Positions 19,835-34,039 of a DNA stretch of 64,000 bases are shown in pieces. The DNA is from Acidimicrobiia bacterium. Its GTDB lineage: Bacteria > Actinomycetota > Acidimicrobiia > Spongiisociales > ZC4RG35. The translations under genes and the position numbers were made by a program. The stretch is from contig OZ244034.1 of NCBI GenBank assembly GCA_965215185.1, positions 2,496,001 through 2,560,000 on the forward strand, read 5' to 3'. The notes below the pieces were generated by a model. It was not told where the DNA came from, made no database searches, and worked only from the letters and a program-made list of their open reading frames with translations. Numbering within the stretch: position 1 is the stretch's first letter; each line of letters begins with the position of its first letter.

Positions 19835-20775
19835 GGCGATCCAATCAACGATGAGACTCGCTGAGCGGCCACAGTGGATTCCGCCCACTCGCTGATGCTG
19901 TCGGCCAGCACGCCATCTGATGCGAGTTGGGTCACGAATTGTTTTAGGAATTCGACAATTGCCGGGTCGTCACCTCGCGTGGTTATCCCCCATGTCGAGG
20001 TCCAAAGTGGCGAGTCGTCCCCACATCCACTAGGTTCAACCGTTAGCCCACGGTGATCTGAAGGGATTAGCGGAACGAGCGAGCTCACTATCACTGTCCG
20101 GTCCGCCACTCCTTCGACAACGGCGCGGATGGCCCCTTCGAGTGTTGGTTCGGTGACCTCCACTACTTCACCCGCGGCGGGGAGAAATTCTCTTCCTACT
20201 GGAGCGCCCGCCACCACTGCCAATCGGTCTTCACCGGAGGAAGATGGGTTCGACCCTCTGATCAGGCAATAGCCGACTTCTAGGACGGGGACCCACCCAT
20301 AGGATTTGTTCGCTGGCTCTTCGGTCACGAATATCAGCTGTACGACACCCTTGTCAAGGTCGTCAGGAATGTCCTCCCAACGTTGTACTTGGGCGATTAT
20401 GCCTCTGAAGCCTAGGCGCTCAGCCAACTCATTTGCCATATCCGGGAAAACACCCACGAGGTCACCAGGCCCGGGACGGACCATTGAATATGGGCTCGCC
20501 ATAGGTAGCCCGACTCGAAAGTACCCCTTGTAGATTGCATCTATGACAGTTGGGCTATCGATAAGCCCGGGCACGCGCTCATATGCTTCGGTCACCACGA
20601 ACCGTTCCGGCCTCACGGTCTGAGGTGGTTCAATATTGCATCCTGTAGCGACGAACGCCACGATGAGCCAAGCAAAATGAAGGCGATGCCTTCGCCATTG
20701 CCATGGACTCACCGCGACGCCGTAAATACGCCGACACCCCGGACCCGGGCTGGTGCACCCAGATCGTGTCGGCAC
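19831..20775 (-). CDS. Amino-acid ABC substrate-binding protein (family 3), divergent; start uncertain
   Basis: Possible lipobox VATGC; DMANELAERLG, WEDIPDDL, C-terminal LASDGVLADSISEW; paralogous to the adjacent SBP. Confidence 0.65.
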   Translation of the reverse strand: MPTRSGCTSPGPGCRRIYGVAVSPWQWRRHRLHFAWLIVAFVATGCNIEPPQTVRPERFVVTEAYERVPGLIDSPTVIDAIYKGYFRVGLPMASPYSMVRPGPGDLVGVFPDMANELAERLGFRGIIAQVQRWEDIPDDLDKGVVQLIFVTEEPANKSYGWVPVLEVGYCLIRGSNPSSSGEDRLAVVAGAPVGREFLPAAGEVVEVTEPTLEGAIRAVVEGVADRTVIVSSLVPLIPSDHRGLTVEPSGCGDDSPLWTSTWGITTRGDDPAIVEFLKQFVTQLASDGVLADSISEWAESTVAAQRVSSLIGSP

Positions 20776-20787
20776 CGCATCGTTAAC

Positions 20788-21732
20788 TTACCCTTCGATG
20801 CCCAATCGAAGCTGTTCGGGTGCGTACCAGTAGGCGAGCAGATCGTCCCATGTTCCGTCTGCTTTCAGCTCCTCGACCGCCGCGCCAAACCACTCAAGCA
20901 TCACCGTGTCACCCTTGGGAACAGCCATACCCCAAGGCTGTCCCAATATCGGTGCTTCAAAGCAATCCTCGGGGATAACCTTGAGATTGGGATAAACCTC
21001 TATCTCTAGCGGGATGCTTATTGATCCCATCAAGGTCCCATCGATGCGTCCAGTCGACACCTCTTCAGCAAGACTCGTACGTGTGGACTGCATACTAACA
21101 AGATTGATGCTGGGAAAGTCTGACCTTATCATCGCCTCTTCAGCGATCCCTGCGATCTGCCCCAATCTAAGTTCAGGGTTTTCAGCAAAGGATTCCCAAG
21201 ATTGGACACGGTCGTCGTCAGCACGAGCAAGGACACAGAACCCGTACGAACCCAACAACTCGTAGTCAACCGACTCGGCGCGCTCGGGGCGGAAGGTGAG
21301 GCCGGTTACGATCATGTCGTACTTGCCGGTGGCGAGGCCAGGAACTATAGCGTCCCAGCCGGAACCTACCGTCCGATACCTGACGCCAAGTCTCTCGGCT
21401 AGGAGTACCGCAATCGATGGACCCAGGCCAACCCATTCGTTAATCGACGGGTCGATGATGCAGTGCGGGGTCGTTGGAGCACAGCCACCCACGAACTCGC
21501 CGTTGTTGTAGATCCGGTCGAGCGTTGCACTCTCACCCGGTGCCGGCACTCCGTCTGGCCGTTGACTAACCGCTTCGTCTTCACCACTCACGATTGTCGT
21601 AGTAGTGGTTGCTACTGTTGTTGTGGTTGCGTCGGAGGTCCCGTCACTGCTACAACCCGCTGCGAGAAGGGCGATGGCCAAGACGAGCGCCCCAACCATT
21701 ATAAAACTGTTCCGTAACTTTTCTCTACTCAT
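20788..21732 (-). CDS. Amino-acid ABC substrate-binding lipoprotein (family 3)
   Basis: Lipobox LAAGC, Thr-rich linker, WDAIVPGLATGKYD, LTFRPERAESVDY, LKADGTWDDLLAYW. Confidence 0.88.
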   Translation of the reverse strand: MSREKLRNSFIMVGALVLAIALLAAGCSSDGTSDATTTTVATTTTTIVSGEDEAVSQRPDGVPAPGESATLDRIYNNGEFVGGCAPTTPHCIIDPSINEWVGLGPSIAVLLAERLGVRYRTVGSGWDAIVPGLATGKYDMIVTGLTFRPERAESVDYELLGSYGFCVLARADDDRVQSWESFAENPELRLGQIAGIAEEAMIRSDFPSINLVSMQSTRTSLAEEVSTGRIDGTLMGSISIPLEIEVYPNLKVIPEDCFEAPILGQPWGMAVPKGDTVMLEWFGAAVEELKADGTWDDLLAYWYAPEQLRLGIEG

Positions 21733-21826
21733 TTGCCTCACCTTCGCTGGGTTGGTTCTATATGTGTTCTACCCGGACGCCATTTAGCATACACCTTGAT
21801 GGGGCGAACCGCAACCACACCAAACT

Positions 21827-23259
21827 GGCTCTTCGGAAATGAGGGGGGAGTAGGGGATCTGGCAGGGGGTTGGGAATCCACCAAAAGTGAGGAGGGGCCC
21901 TCCATAATCGGCTGTTGGAAAACGACATCCGAGGCAGGAGGACCCCTGTGGAGACTGATCCTACGCGCATGAGCGAGAAGTTGGTAGGCCTAGGCGACGT
22001 GGAGTTGGTCGGGATCGACGACCTGGGCGAGGGGGAACCCTTGGTGGTGGTGATCCGTTCCCGCATGGCCCGCCCCGCCTGTGAGGCATGTGGCGGATCG
22101 GTGTGGTCCAAGGGGTATCGCACCGCCCTGTTGGTGGATCTGCCGGCGTTCGGTCGGCCTGTTCGTCTGCGGTGGCGGAAACGTCGCTGGGCGTGTCCGA
22201 ACCCCGAGTGTGCGATCAGATCGTTCATCGAACAAGACCCCACGATTGGTCCCCAACGGGCGTTGTTGACCTCCCGGGCGGCGAGGTGGGTGACCGTCCA
22301 GGTCGGGCGGAGGGGTCGTTCGGTCGACGAAGTGGCCGCGGAACTGGGTTGTGATTGGCATACGGTGAACAACGAGGTGCGCCGCTGGGGCGAAGCACTC
22401 TTGGAAGCGGATGGCGACCGGGTAGGGACAGTCGAGGCTGTGGGAGTGGACGAGACGTTGTTCTGGCGGAAAGGCAGATGGCGGACCAAGCAGTGGTGCA
22501 CCTCGGTCGTTGATGTGGGAGGCCACCAACTGATCGACATAGTGCCTGGTAGAACAGCCAATAGTGCCGAAGAGTGGTTCCGGTCTCAGCCCTCCGAGTG
22601 GCTAGACGGGATCCGCTGGGCCGTGCTGGACATGTCAGGCCCATACCGCAAGGCCTACGACCGGGTCCTGCCCAACGCTTTGCAGGTAGCAGACCCATTT
22701 CATGTGATCCGGTTGGCCAACCAGCGACTCGACGAAGTACGCAGAAGAGTCCAGAACGAAACCCTCGGCCACCGAGGCCGCAAAGCTGACCCGCTCTATC
22801 GGATACGACGCCTCCTCACCGCCGCCCACGAACGCATCAGCGAACGGGGCCAGACACGGCTGCGTGGTCTCCTCGACGCCGGCGACCCCCACGGCGAAGT
22901 CCGCACCGCCTGGCACGCTAAGGAAACCGTCCGAGACATCTACGGGATCGACAAACCGGTCCTCGCGCTCCGATACACTCTCCAGCTCGCTGACGACCTC
23001 CAAGACCAGTCCTGCCCTCCCGAGATCAACAAACTGGGACGTACCATCGCCCGCTGGACACCCCAGATCACGAACTGGCACATCTCCAAGGTGACTAACG
23101 GACCCACCGAAGCGCTCAACAACCTGATCAAGAGAATCAAACGAGCAGCCTTCGGGTTCCGCAACTTCTCGAACTACCGAATCCGGGCCCTCCTCTACGC
23201 CGGGAAGCCCAACTGGGACCTACTCGCATCGGTCACTCCCCACTGAAATCCGATGAGCC
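21827..23259 (+). mobile_element. ISL3-family IS, copy 2, intact
   Basis: IRs GGCTCTTCGGA / TCCGATGAGCC; uninterrupted transposase (GTG 21948 after AGGAGG, stop 23246). Confidence 0.93.
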
Positions 23260-23610
23260 ACTTTAACACGGTTTAAGCCCAAGAGTGAACACTTTCGCTG
23301 ATCGTCATCAGCGATGGCCAACTGGCTGCCATGCCTAGACTCCCGCTTCCCCGAAGCAGTCGGCCTGGCCTGCAAACGCAAAGCGCCCCTCACCGACGCC
23401 AACCTCCTCATGGCCGCCCACCTGTCAGGAGAAGGGGCGAAAGCCGGGCAGAAAGACGCCGGCCGCCACCTGCAAACGCATCCTCAGCAGGTCGCCGCCC
23501 CTAACCCCACTAAACGAGAGCCAACTCCCAGGCGGACTCCCGATAGTGCTTGCCCGGGTATTCCGCCAGTGACAGGCCGTTAGCTCAATGTTGTTGCCGC
23601 CTGGCGGTGT

Positions 23611-25370
23611 TCAGCGACGACCGGGCGGAAGCCCCAACGCTCGCCGCGGTGTGTACTGGATTCCCAGGATCGAACAAATCGACTGAGCGATTTCTGGTCT
23701 GCTGCGGTGGGTGTTCAGGTAGTTCTGGGTGCGGAGCGACAATACCCTTCCAACGAAATCCGTCCGGCGCTCCGGGTAGAGAGCCTTCAACGAGTCGCGT
23801 TCGCTGGTTGTCAATTCTTCGGCGTTGTCCAGTTCGCAGAAGTAGCCGAGGATCTTGTAGGCGGGCGTGTTGTGGCGTGCCACGACCGAGTACACGGCTT
23901 CGCGGATGCCGGGGACGCTGACCGCATACACAGCTTGCTCAACGCAGATCACAGTCCACACAAACGAAAAAAAGGTCAATAGCCTTATGCACTCGTCGAG
24001 GGCTATGTCCGGCGATTCGGCCACAATACGCAACGCCAGTCTCCGTATTTCATCTTCGTCCTTCAACATCACATTCACGAGCCTGAACGAGCTTTCTGCT
24101 ATTACCTCTACGATCTCCTCCACCCGGTCCTTCTGGAGCCGCCCATGCTGGTTGCGGAGCACCTGTCCTAGACCGCGATCTCATCGGAGTCGTCGTCGCT
24201 GTGAGTGTTCTCAATGCGTTCTATTCGCTGGCGGGCTTCTGCACGTTCTTCTTCAACTGATTGCTCTGAGAGCACGCTTGTGGGGAGGGCCGACACGATG
24301 CTGTCGAATCTCGCTGTTTCCTCTTGGCATAGCGTCGCTACTTCAACGTCGTCACCTTCAGCCATGGTATACAGCAAAATCTCGTCGATGATGCTGTTGT
24401 CGGTCGCGTGATGGATGGCAAACAGCAGCGTCAGATGGTAGTCGCGCTTGTAACTGAGCTCAGCCAACTCTGGGAGGTGCTGTTCGCCCAGCGAAGAATC
24501 GGCGGCAAGCAGTTTCCCGAGGAAGTAGTAGTACATGTAAGCGGTCTTGAACTCCCCAGCTTCTGTCATGATGCCGTACTCCTTGTGCGTCAACCTGTTA
24601 GCGAGGGATGTTTCCATGAAATAGTTGGCACTGTATTGTTGTTTGAATGCGGCAAAGTCGACACCCGCGTCGCCCTGCTGTTTGGCGAGAAACGTGGCAA
24701 GTGCCAGCTGCTCGGCGAAGTTGAAACATGAGTTGATCGCTTCGTCGGTGTTCGCGATGCCGGCACGGCTGAGGCTGGCCACTATGAAGATGTAATAGCA
24801 GTGGCCGTAGGAAGTGATTGATATGGGGGCGGGCATCACGGTGTCGTAGATGTGGAGGACAGCGAGGATGTAGAAGGGGTATCGGGGTACTATCCGGTTC
24901 GAGATGATTACGGAGTTGACGTGGTTCTCCGCCTGGTCTACGAATCCGTCGGCTAGAGCGTCCTCTCGGTTCAAGGTGGCGAGCCGTTTCCTGATCAACG
25001 TCTCTTGTTGTGTGTGCGTAAATGGCTTCAGGCTGGCTATCTGGAAGCTCGCAGTGCGGACATCGTCCATCAAGAAGGCGTGGTATATGTCTGACGATGT
25101 GAACAGGTATATTCGGTCGAACTCTTCCAAGTGCTTTTCTATGAATGACAGCACTTGAGGGGTTTCGGTCATGTCATCGACAAGCAGAGTTTTGTTGTCC
25201 TGTTGTTTCCATAGGTCAAAGTCGCCTTGGAATTGGCTTTCGTATAGGTTCCGCAGAAAATTGCGGCCGAGTTGGCCGGCTGCCGTGTCCATGGTCACGA
25301 GCAGGACCGGCTCGTTCATGTCGATGAGCTTCCGGGCGACGTGTTTGGCGAGGGCCGTCTTGCCAACAGG
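23611..25370 (-). pseudogene. STAND-like P-loop NTPase, N-terminus deleted and frameshifted near 24165
   Basis: Begins at a partial Walker A (VGKTALAK); Walker B LLVDD; later YGHCYYIFI and F..AYMYYYFLG; the continuation LGQVLRNQHGRL is in another frame. Confidence 0.6.
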
Positions 25371-25802
25371 ACCAAAGAAGGAAGGCCCCATAACGTTCCC
25401 CTCAGCGGACCGGTCCTGGCTGTCCTTGCTGACGCTTGGGAACGCACCGGCGGTGTCGGGTTGGTGTTCCCCTCCGCGACCGGACGGGCCATCTCCCCGA
25501 CCACGCTGCGCAAACTACTTCGTGCCCTGGGCGTGGATTTCACCCCGCATGGTCTGAGAGCCACCTATCGCACCTGGATGGCCGAACACGGCGTACCCGA
25601 CGAGGTGGCCGAGCTAGCTCTCGGCCACACCCATAAGAAGGTTCCACCCGGGATCGACCTGCTCGAGCAGCGAAGGGCCGTAGCCGAACGGTGGGGAGAC
25701 TACCTCACCGGGACCACTGGCCCCGACCAACCAAACCCACCCCCGTCCCAACACGACGACACCACTGACGATCCGAAAGAGAAAGGAAACAACAATGGCT
25801 AA
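25362..25802 (+). pseudogene. C-terminal fragment of a P4-like integrase lacking the catalytic Tyr
   Basis: RTKEGRPHNVPLS, LVFPS, PHGLRATYRTW, AELALGH, then THKKVPPGIDLLEQRR with no Tyr; the stop overlaps the start of the next integrase. Confidence 0.7.
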
Positions 25803-27021
25803 ATACCGACCCCAGCGCCTTACCCACTTATTTCTCAAAAAGAGGATCAAAGAGCCCGGGCGCTTCTCTGACGGCCCCGCCAGCAACGGCCTCTACGCCC
25901 TGGCCACACTGCAGCACGGCAAACTGGTCGTCTACTTCGATCAGAAGATCCGCATCCGCGAAAAGGTCACAACACTCAGGCTGGGCAAGTTTCCCGACAT
26001 GTCCCTCAAAGAGGCGCGTCGGAAGGCGGAGGAAAACGTCAGAGCCGTCGCAGAACGCCGAGACCCCCGCAAACCCTCGGACATCACCTTCAAGACAATC
26101 GCCATGGAATACATCGACTGGTGCGCTTTGGGGGGCACATGGAGTCCCGGAGGGCGGAGCCGCCAGACCTGGATAAACAGTCTCACCACCTATGCCTTCG
26201 CAGTCATAGGCCCAATGCACCCCCGGGATATAGCCAGCCTCCATATCTTCGAGATCCTAAAACCCATCTGGATCACCAAACACAAGACCGCCGTGGACCT
26301 CGGAGGCCGGATCAGCAAGATAATGAAATACGCCATAGCCCTGGGTCACTGCGACACCGATCCCGCCCAGATAGCCCTGGACGGTATGGTCCCCGTTCAC
26401 GTAGAAACCAAACACCGCAGATACATCCATTACAAGCATCTCGGAGAAGCCCTCAGGATCGTGGCAGCGTCCGACGCCGACCCCATCGCTGTCAACGCTC
26501 TCATCTTCGCGGCCCTCACCGGTGTCCGCAGCGGCGAACTCCGGAAAGCCACCCGGGACCAGTTCAACATCGAGGAGCGCAGGTGGCACATACCTGCGGC
26601 GAATGTCAAGAACCGCCGCGACCATTTCGTGCCACAATGCGACAGCGCCATAGCCGTGCTGGAGGACACCTTCGAACGCACAGGCCCCGACAGCGAATGG
26701 GTGTTCCCCGCGCCTCGGGGAGGGATGATGCACTCCGACAATCTCAAAAAACTCCTCCGGGATTGTGGACTCGATACAGACGTCCACGGGTTCAGATCAT
26801 CTTTCCGCACCTGGGCGGCCGAAAACAAAATCGACGACACAGCCGCGGAAGCCGTCCTCGCCCACAAAGAACCCAACCCCTACATCCGAACCACCCTATA
26901 CGAAGCCCGCATCGCTATCATGGATAAGTGGGCCAAATACCTCAACATCTGGCCGCTCCCCTCCAGAAAAGGGGAAAACACACCCCCCAATAGCCAAAAC
27001 CCAACCCTCGGTCGAAACTGA
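25795..27021 (+). CDS. P4-like tyrosine integrase
   Basis: Arm-binding N-terminus (PGRFSDG...LGKFPDMSLKEARRKA); TGVRSGE, NVKNRRDH, VHGFRSSFRTW, VLAH, NPYIRT; lies next to the tRNA-Ala 3' end. Confidence 0.9.
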   Translation: MAKYRPQRLTHLFLKKRIKEPGRFSDGPASNGLYALATLQHGKLVVYFDQKIRIREKVTTLRLGKFPDMSLKEARRKAEENVRAVAERRDPRKPSDITFKTIAMEYIDWCALGGTWSPGGRSRQTWINSLTTYAFAVIGPMHPRDIASLHIFEILKPIWITKHKTAVDLGGRISKIMKYAIALGHCDTDPAQIALDGMVPVHVETKHRRYIHYKHLGEALRIVAASDADPIAVNALIFAALTGVRSGELRKATRDQFNIEERRWHIPAANVKNRRDHFVPQCDSAIAVLEDTFERTGPDSEWVFPAPRGGMMHSDNLKKLLRDCGLDTDVHGFRSSFRTWAAENKIDDTAAEAVLAHKEPNPYIRTTLYEARIAIMDKWAKYLNIWPLPSRKGENTPPNSQNPTLGRN

Positions 27022-27096
27022 CACCTAGAATGATACAACAACCAAACGGATCCCCGAAATATGCCTCCGACCAGGCCAAACATGGCGCGGGCAGTG

Positions 27097-27170
27097 TGGA
27101 GACGATGGGACTTGAACCCACGACCTCCTGCTTGCAAAGCAGGCGCTCTTCCAGGCTGAGCTACGTCCCC
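27097..27170 (-). tRNA. tRNA-Ala(TGC)
   Basis: GGGGACGTAGCTCAGCCTGGAAGAGCGCCTGCTTTGCAAGCAGGAGGTCGTGGGTTCAAGTCCCATCGTCTCCA; G3:U70 pair; CCA not encoded. Confidence 0.97.
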
Positions 27171-27232
27171 CGGCAATACAAGACTACCTGGACCCAGGCC
27201 CTGCGCGTCTTGTGTAATATGCTGGCCGAGAA

Positions 27233-27307
27233 GGGCTCATAGCTCAGGTTGGTTAGAGCGCATCCCTGATAAGGATGAGGTCCCTGGTTCAAATCCAGGT
27301 GGGCCCA
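27233..27307 (+). tRNA. tRNA-Ile(GAT)
   Basis: GGGCTCATAGCTCAGGTTGGTTAGAGCGCATCCCTGATAAGGATGAGGTCCCTGGTTCAAATCCAGGTGGGCCCA; CCA not encoded. Confidence 0.97.
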
Positions 27308-27543
27308 CCGAACTGGAACATCAAAACCGTCCCATTGCAGGCAGAACGGGTTGTTCTCCTTTTCGACTTACCCGCTTCTGCACCCCCATTCGCGGCCTGT
27401 GCTCCGCAAACGCCGCCTTAGCTTGCCCAGCCGGTCCGGCGGGCTGCCCCCTCGGTATTGATGAAAGGCTTGCACCATCTCGGATTTCTCCTGCTACGGG
27501 AGAATGCCCACGCACCAACTAACGCTAAAGGGGGGGACCCGCC

Positions 27544-28050
27544 TCAGCTTGTCTCCACCACCATGGTGGGCTGGTCGGGATCCATCGTCTCAGTTTGCCC
27601 CGGTGTTGAAAAAGGCCCAACCTGGGCGGGCTCGAAGGGAGGGGCGGCCACCATCACCGGAACCACGTTTTCCTCCAGTAGCACAATCTCAACCCCTCCT
27701 ACCACATCGGCCACCAGGTTGTACATGATCGCGGCCAAAGTGGTGAGTCCGCAGGACAACACAGCCCAAGCCACTGCCAGGATCGCCGAGAGGCGCACGA
27801 ATTGCTCGGTGTTGGAAAAAGGGGCTTCTCCTTCATCAAGCAGGGTGATCTGGATCAAGAAGTCGGTGATCTTTTGGGGGATTCCCGATCGTTCCACCAC
27901 TTCCCAGAACATCACCGAAGCCAGCATGAACGCGAAAGCAGCCACCAGATAGACGATGAAGGAGACTTTCAGAACGGTCCAGGGGTCTACCCGACGGACA
28001 ATTCTGCGAACGCGGTGAACCGAGTGGGTGGGCTGGGTGTTCAGCACCAT
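27544..28050 (-). CDS. DUF3566 membrane protein
   Basis: RRVDPWTVLKVS...YNLVADVVGGVEI; conserved position after gyrA in Actinomycetota. Confidence 0.88.
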   Translation of the reverse strand: MVLNTQPTHSVHRVRRIVRRVDPWTVLKVSFIVYLVAAFAFMLASVMFWEVVERSGIPQKITDFLIQITLLDEGEAPFSNTEQFVRLSAILAVAWAVLSCGLTTLAAIMYNLVADVVGGVEIVLLEENVVPVMVAAPPFEPAQVGPFSTPGQTETMDPDQPTMVVETS

Positions 28051-28092
28051 CGCAAGACTACCGGAAGGGCCCTCGGTTTGGCGGTGCCCGGA

Positions 28093-32574
<4,482 letters not shown>

Positions 32575-32636
32575 TGTCCACGTTTATAGGATGCCCCACA
32601 GAGCTCTTGATAGCGTTTGACCTGGGCTTTTGTTGA

Positions 32637-32951
32637 TTAGGTTGAAGAACGGGCCACCCTAATTCCGATACGGGAAACCACCGGAGACCCGAGGGCCGCG
32701 TTTAGCTGTTCCGCCAGTCCTGCGGCGCCATAGCGAAGGAGGGTGGCATCCATTTGGGAGCCCACCTCCACCACCAGATAACCGTCCTCCAAGACCAGCG
32801 GGCGGGCTTTATCCCGCCACGGTCCCGAGATCATTTGCCCCCACTCCCTGCGAATCTGGAGATTGGCGCCGACCCCCGGCACCCCCAGCTTCGCCAAGAC
32901 CTCTTCCACCTGGGCCCCGGCCCGGACCGGTTCGGTGGGAGGACGGCTCAT
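32637..32951 (-). CDS. DUF721/DciA family protein
   Basis: W...ARP...G.LVVEV.S...AT.LR pattern; canonical position between recF and gyrB. Confidence 0.85.
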   Translation of the reverse strand: MSRPPTEPVRAGAQVEEVLAKLGVPGVGANLQIRREWGQMISGPWRDKARPLVLEDGYLVVEVGSQMDATLLRYGAAGLAEQLNAALGSPVVSRIGIRVARSST

Positions 32952-34039
32952 CGCAAGCACCCCGAGGAAACTCTCCAGACCTCACCACCGATTGGCGCTT
33001 TTCTCTCGTCCACCGCGGAGATAAAGGTTTGCGTGGCGGGGAGCCAGTTCACCAATGCCTCGGCGCGGCCTTCGTCCAGTTCGCTGAATACGTCATCCAG
33101 GACCAGGATTGGCCGGCATCCCGCCGCCTCTTCCACCGCCTCGTAGATCCCCAGACGGAGGGCAAGGGCCATCGTGCGCTGTTCACCTTGGCTGGCGTAA
33201 AGCCGGGCGTCAAATTTGTTCAGGGTGAGCACGGGATCATCGCGATGCAGCCCGTGGGTGGTAGACCCCACCATAAAATCCCGGCGGCGGCAACTTCGCA
33301 GAGCTTCCGTCAATCGTTGCTCCCATGCGCTTATCTCCATAGTTGGATCAAGATCTCCTCCCCATCCAGACCGGTATTCCAAGGCGAGTTCTTCGCCCAT
33401 CCCGCCAATCGCCGAGACTGCTCGGGATAGCGGACCCAAGACCACCCGAAAAGCGCGGGCGCGCGCCGCCATCACCCTTGCCCCCGACATCGACAATCGC
33501 TGGTCCCAAACGTCCAGGGTGATGTGATCCTCCCGGTCCCCCGATTTCAGGAAGGCATTACGCTGGCGTAGCGCCCTTTGATAGTCGGCTTGATCGGCTT
33601 GGGCAAGAGGCCACAGCAACCCTGCTGTCTCGTCCAACCACTCCCTTCTCAAGGCAGGCCCTCCCTTCACCAACTCCAGATGTTCGGGAATAAACACCAG
33701 TACCCGGCCGGCCCCGGCCAGATCGCTGACCCTCGCGGGCTTAGATCCATTGAGCAACAACCGCCGCCGGTTGGTTCGATACAGGACCAGTTCTATGGTG
33801 TAGGGCGCCTCGTCATCCGTCTCCCCCCTGATGGCCGCCAGCTCCCGGTCCGTGGCTACCAGTACACGGTCCGGTGCTCTACGGAAAGAAGTTCCCGTGA
33901 ATAGTATCCCGACCGCCTCCAACAGGTTGGTCTTACCCACACCGTTGTCGCCAACCACCAGATTGATTCCGGCTGACGGCGTCCACTGTAACTCCGGGTA
34001 GGATCGAAACCCGGCCAGCGTTAGCCAGGCCAACGCCAT
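32948..34039 (-). CDS. recF: DNA replication/repair protein RecF
   Basis: FRSY, GDNGVGKTNLLEA, QRNAFLK, HRDD, ASQGEQR, LDDVFSELD. Confidence 0.96.
   Translation of the reverse strand: MALAWLTLAGFRSYPELQWTPSAGINLVVGDNGVGKTNLLEAVGILFTGTSFRRAPDRVLVATDRELAAIRGETDDEAPYTIELVLYRTNRRRLLLNGSKPARVSDLAGAGRVLVFIPEHLELVKGGPALRREWLDETAGLLWPLAQADQADYQRALRQRNAFLKSGDREDHITLDVWDQRLSMSGARVMAARARAFRVVLGPLSRAVSAIGGMGEELALEYRSGWGGDLDPTMEISAWEQRLTEALRSCRRRDFMVGSTTHGLHRDDPVLTLNKFDARLYASQGEQRTMALALRLGIYEAVEEAAGCRPILVLDDVFSELDEGRAEALVNWLPATQTFISAVDERKAPIGGEVWRVSSGCLR

Noticed and set aside
23260-23583. Short ORF after ISL3 copy 2
   Set aside because: No recognisable motif; may be a gene remnant but cannot be supported.
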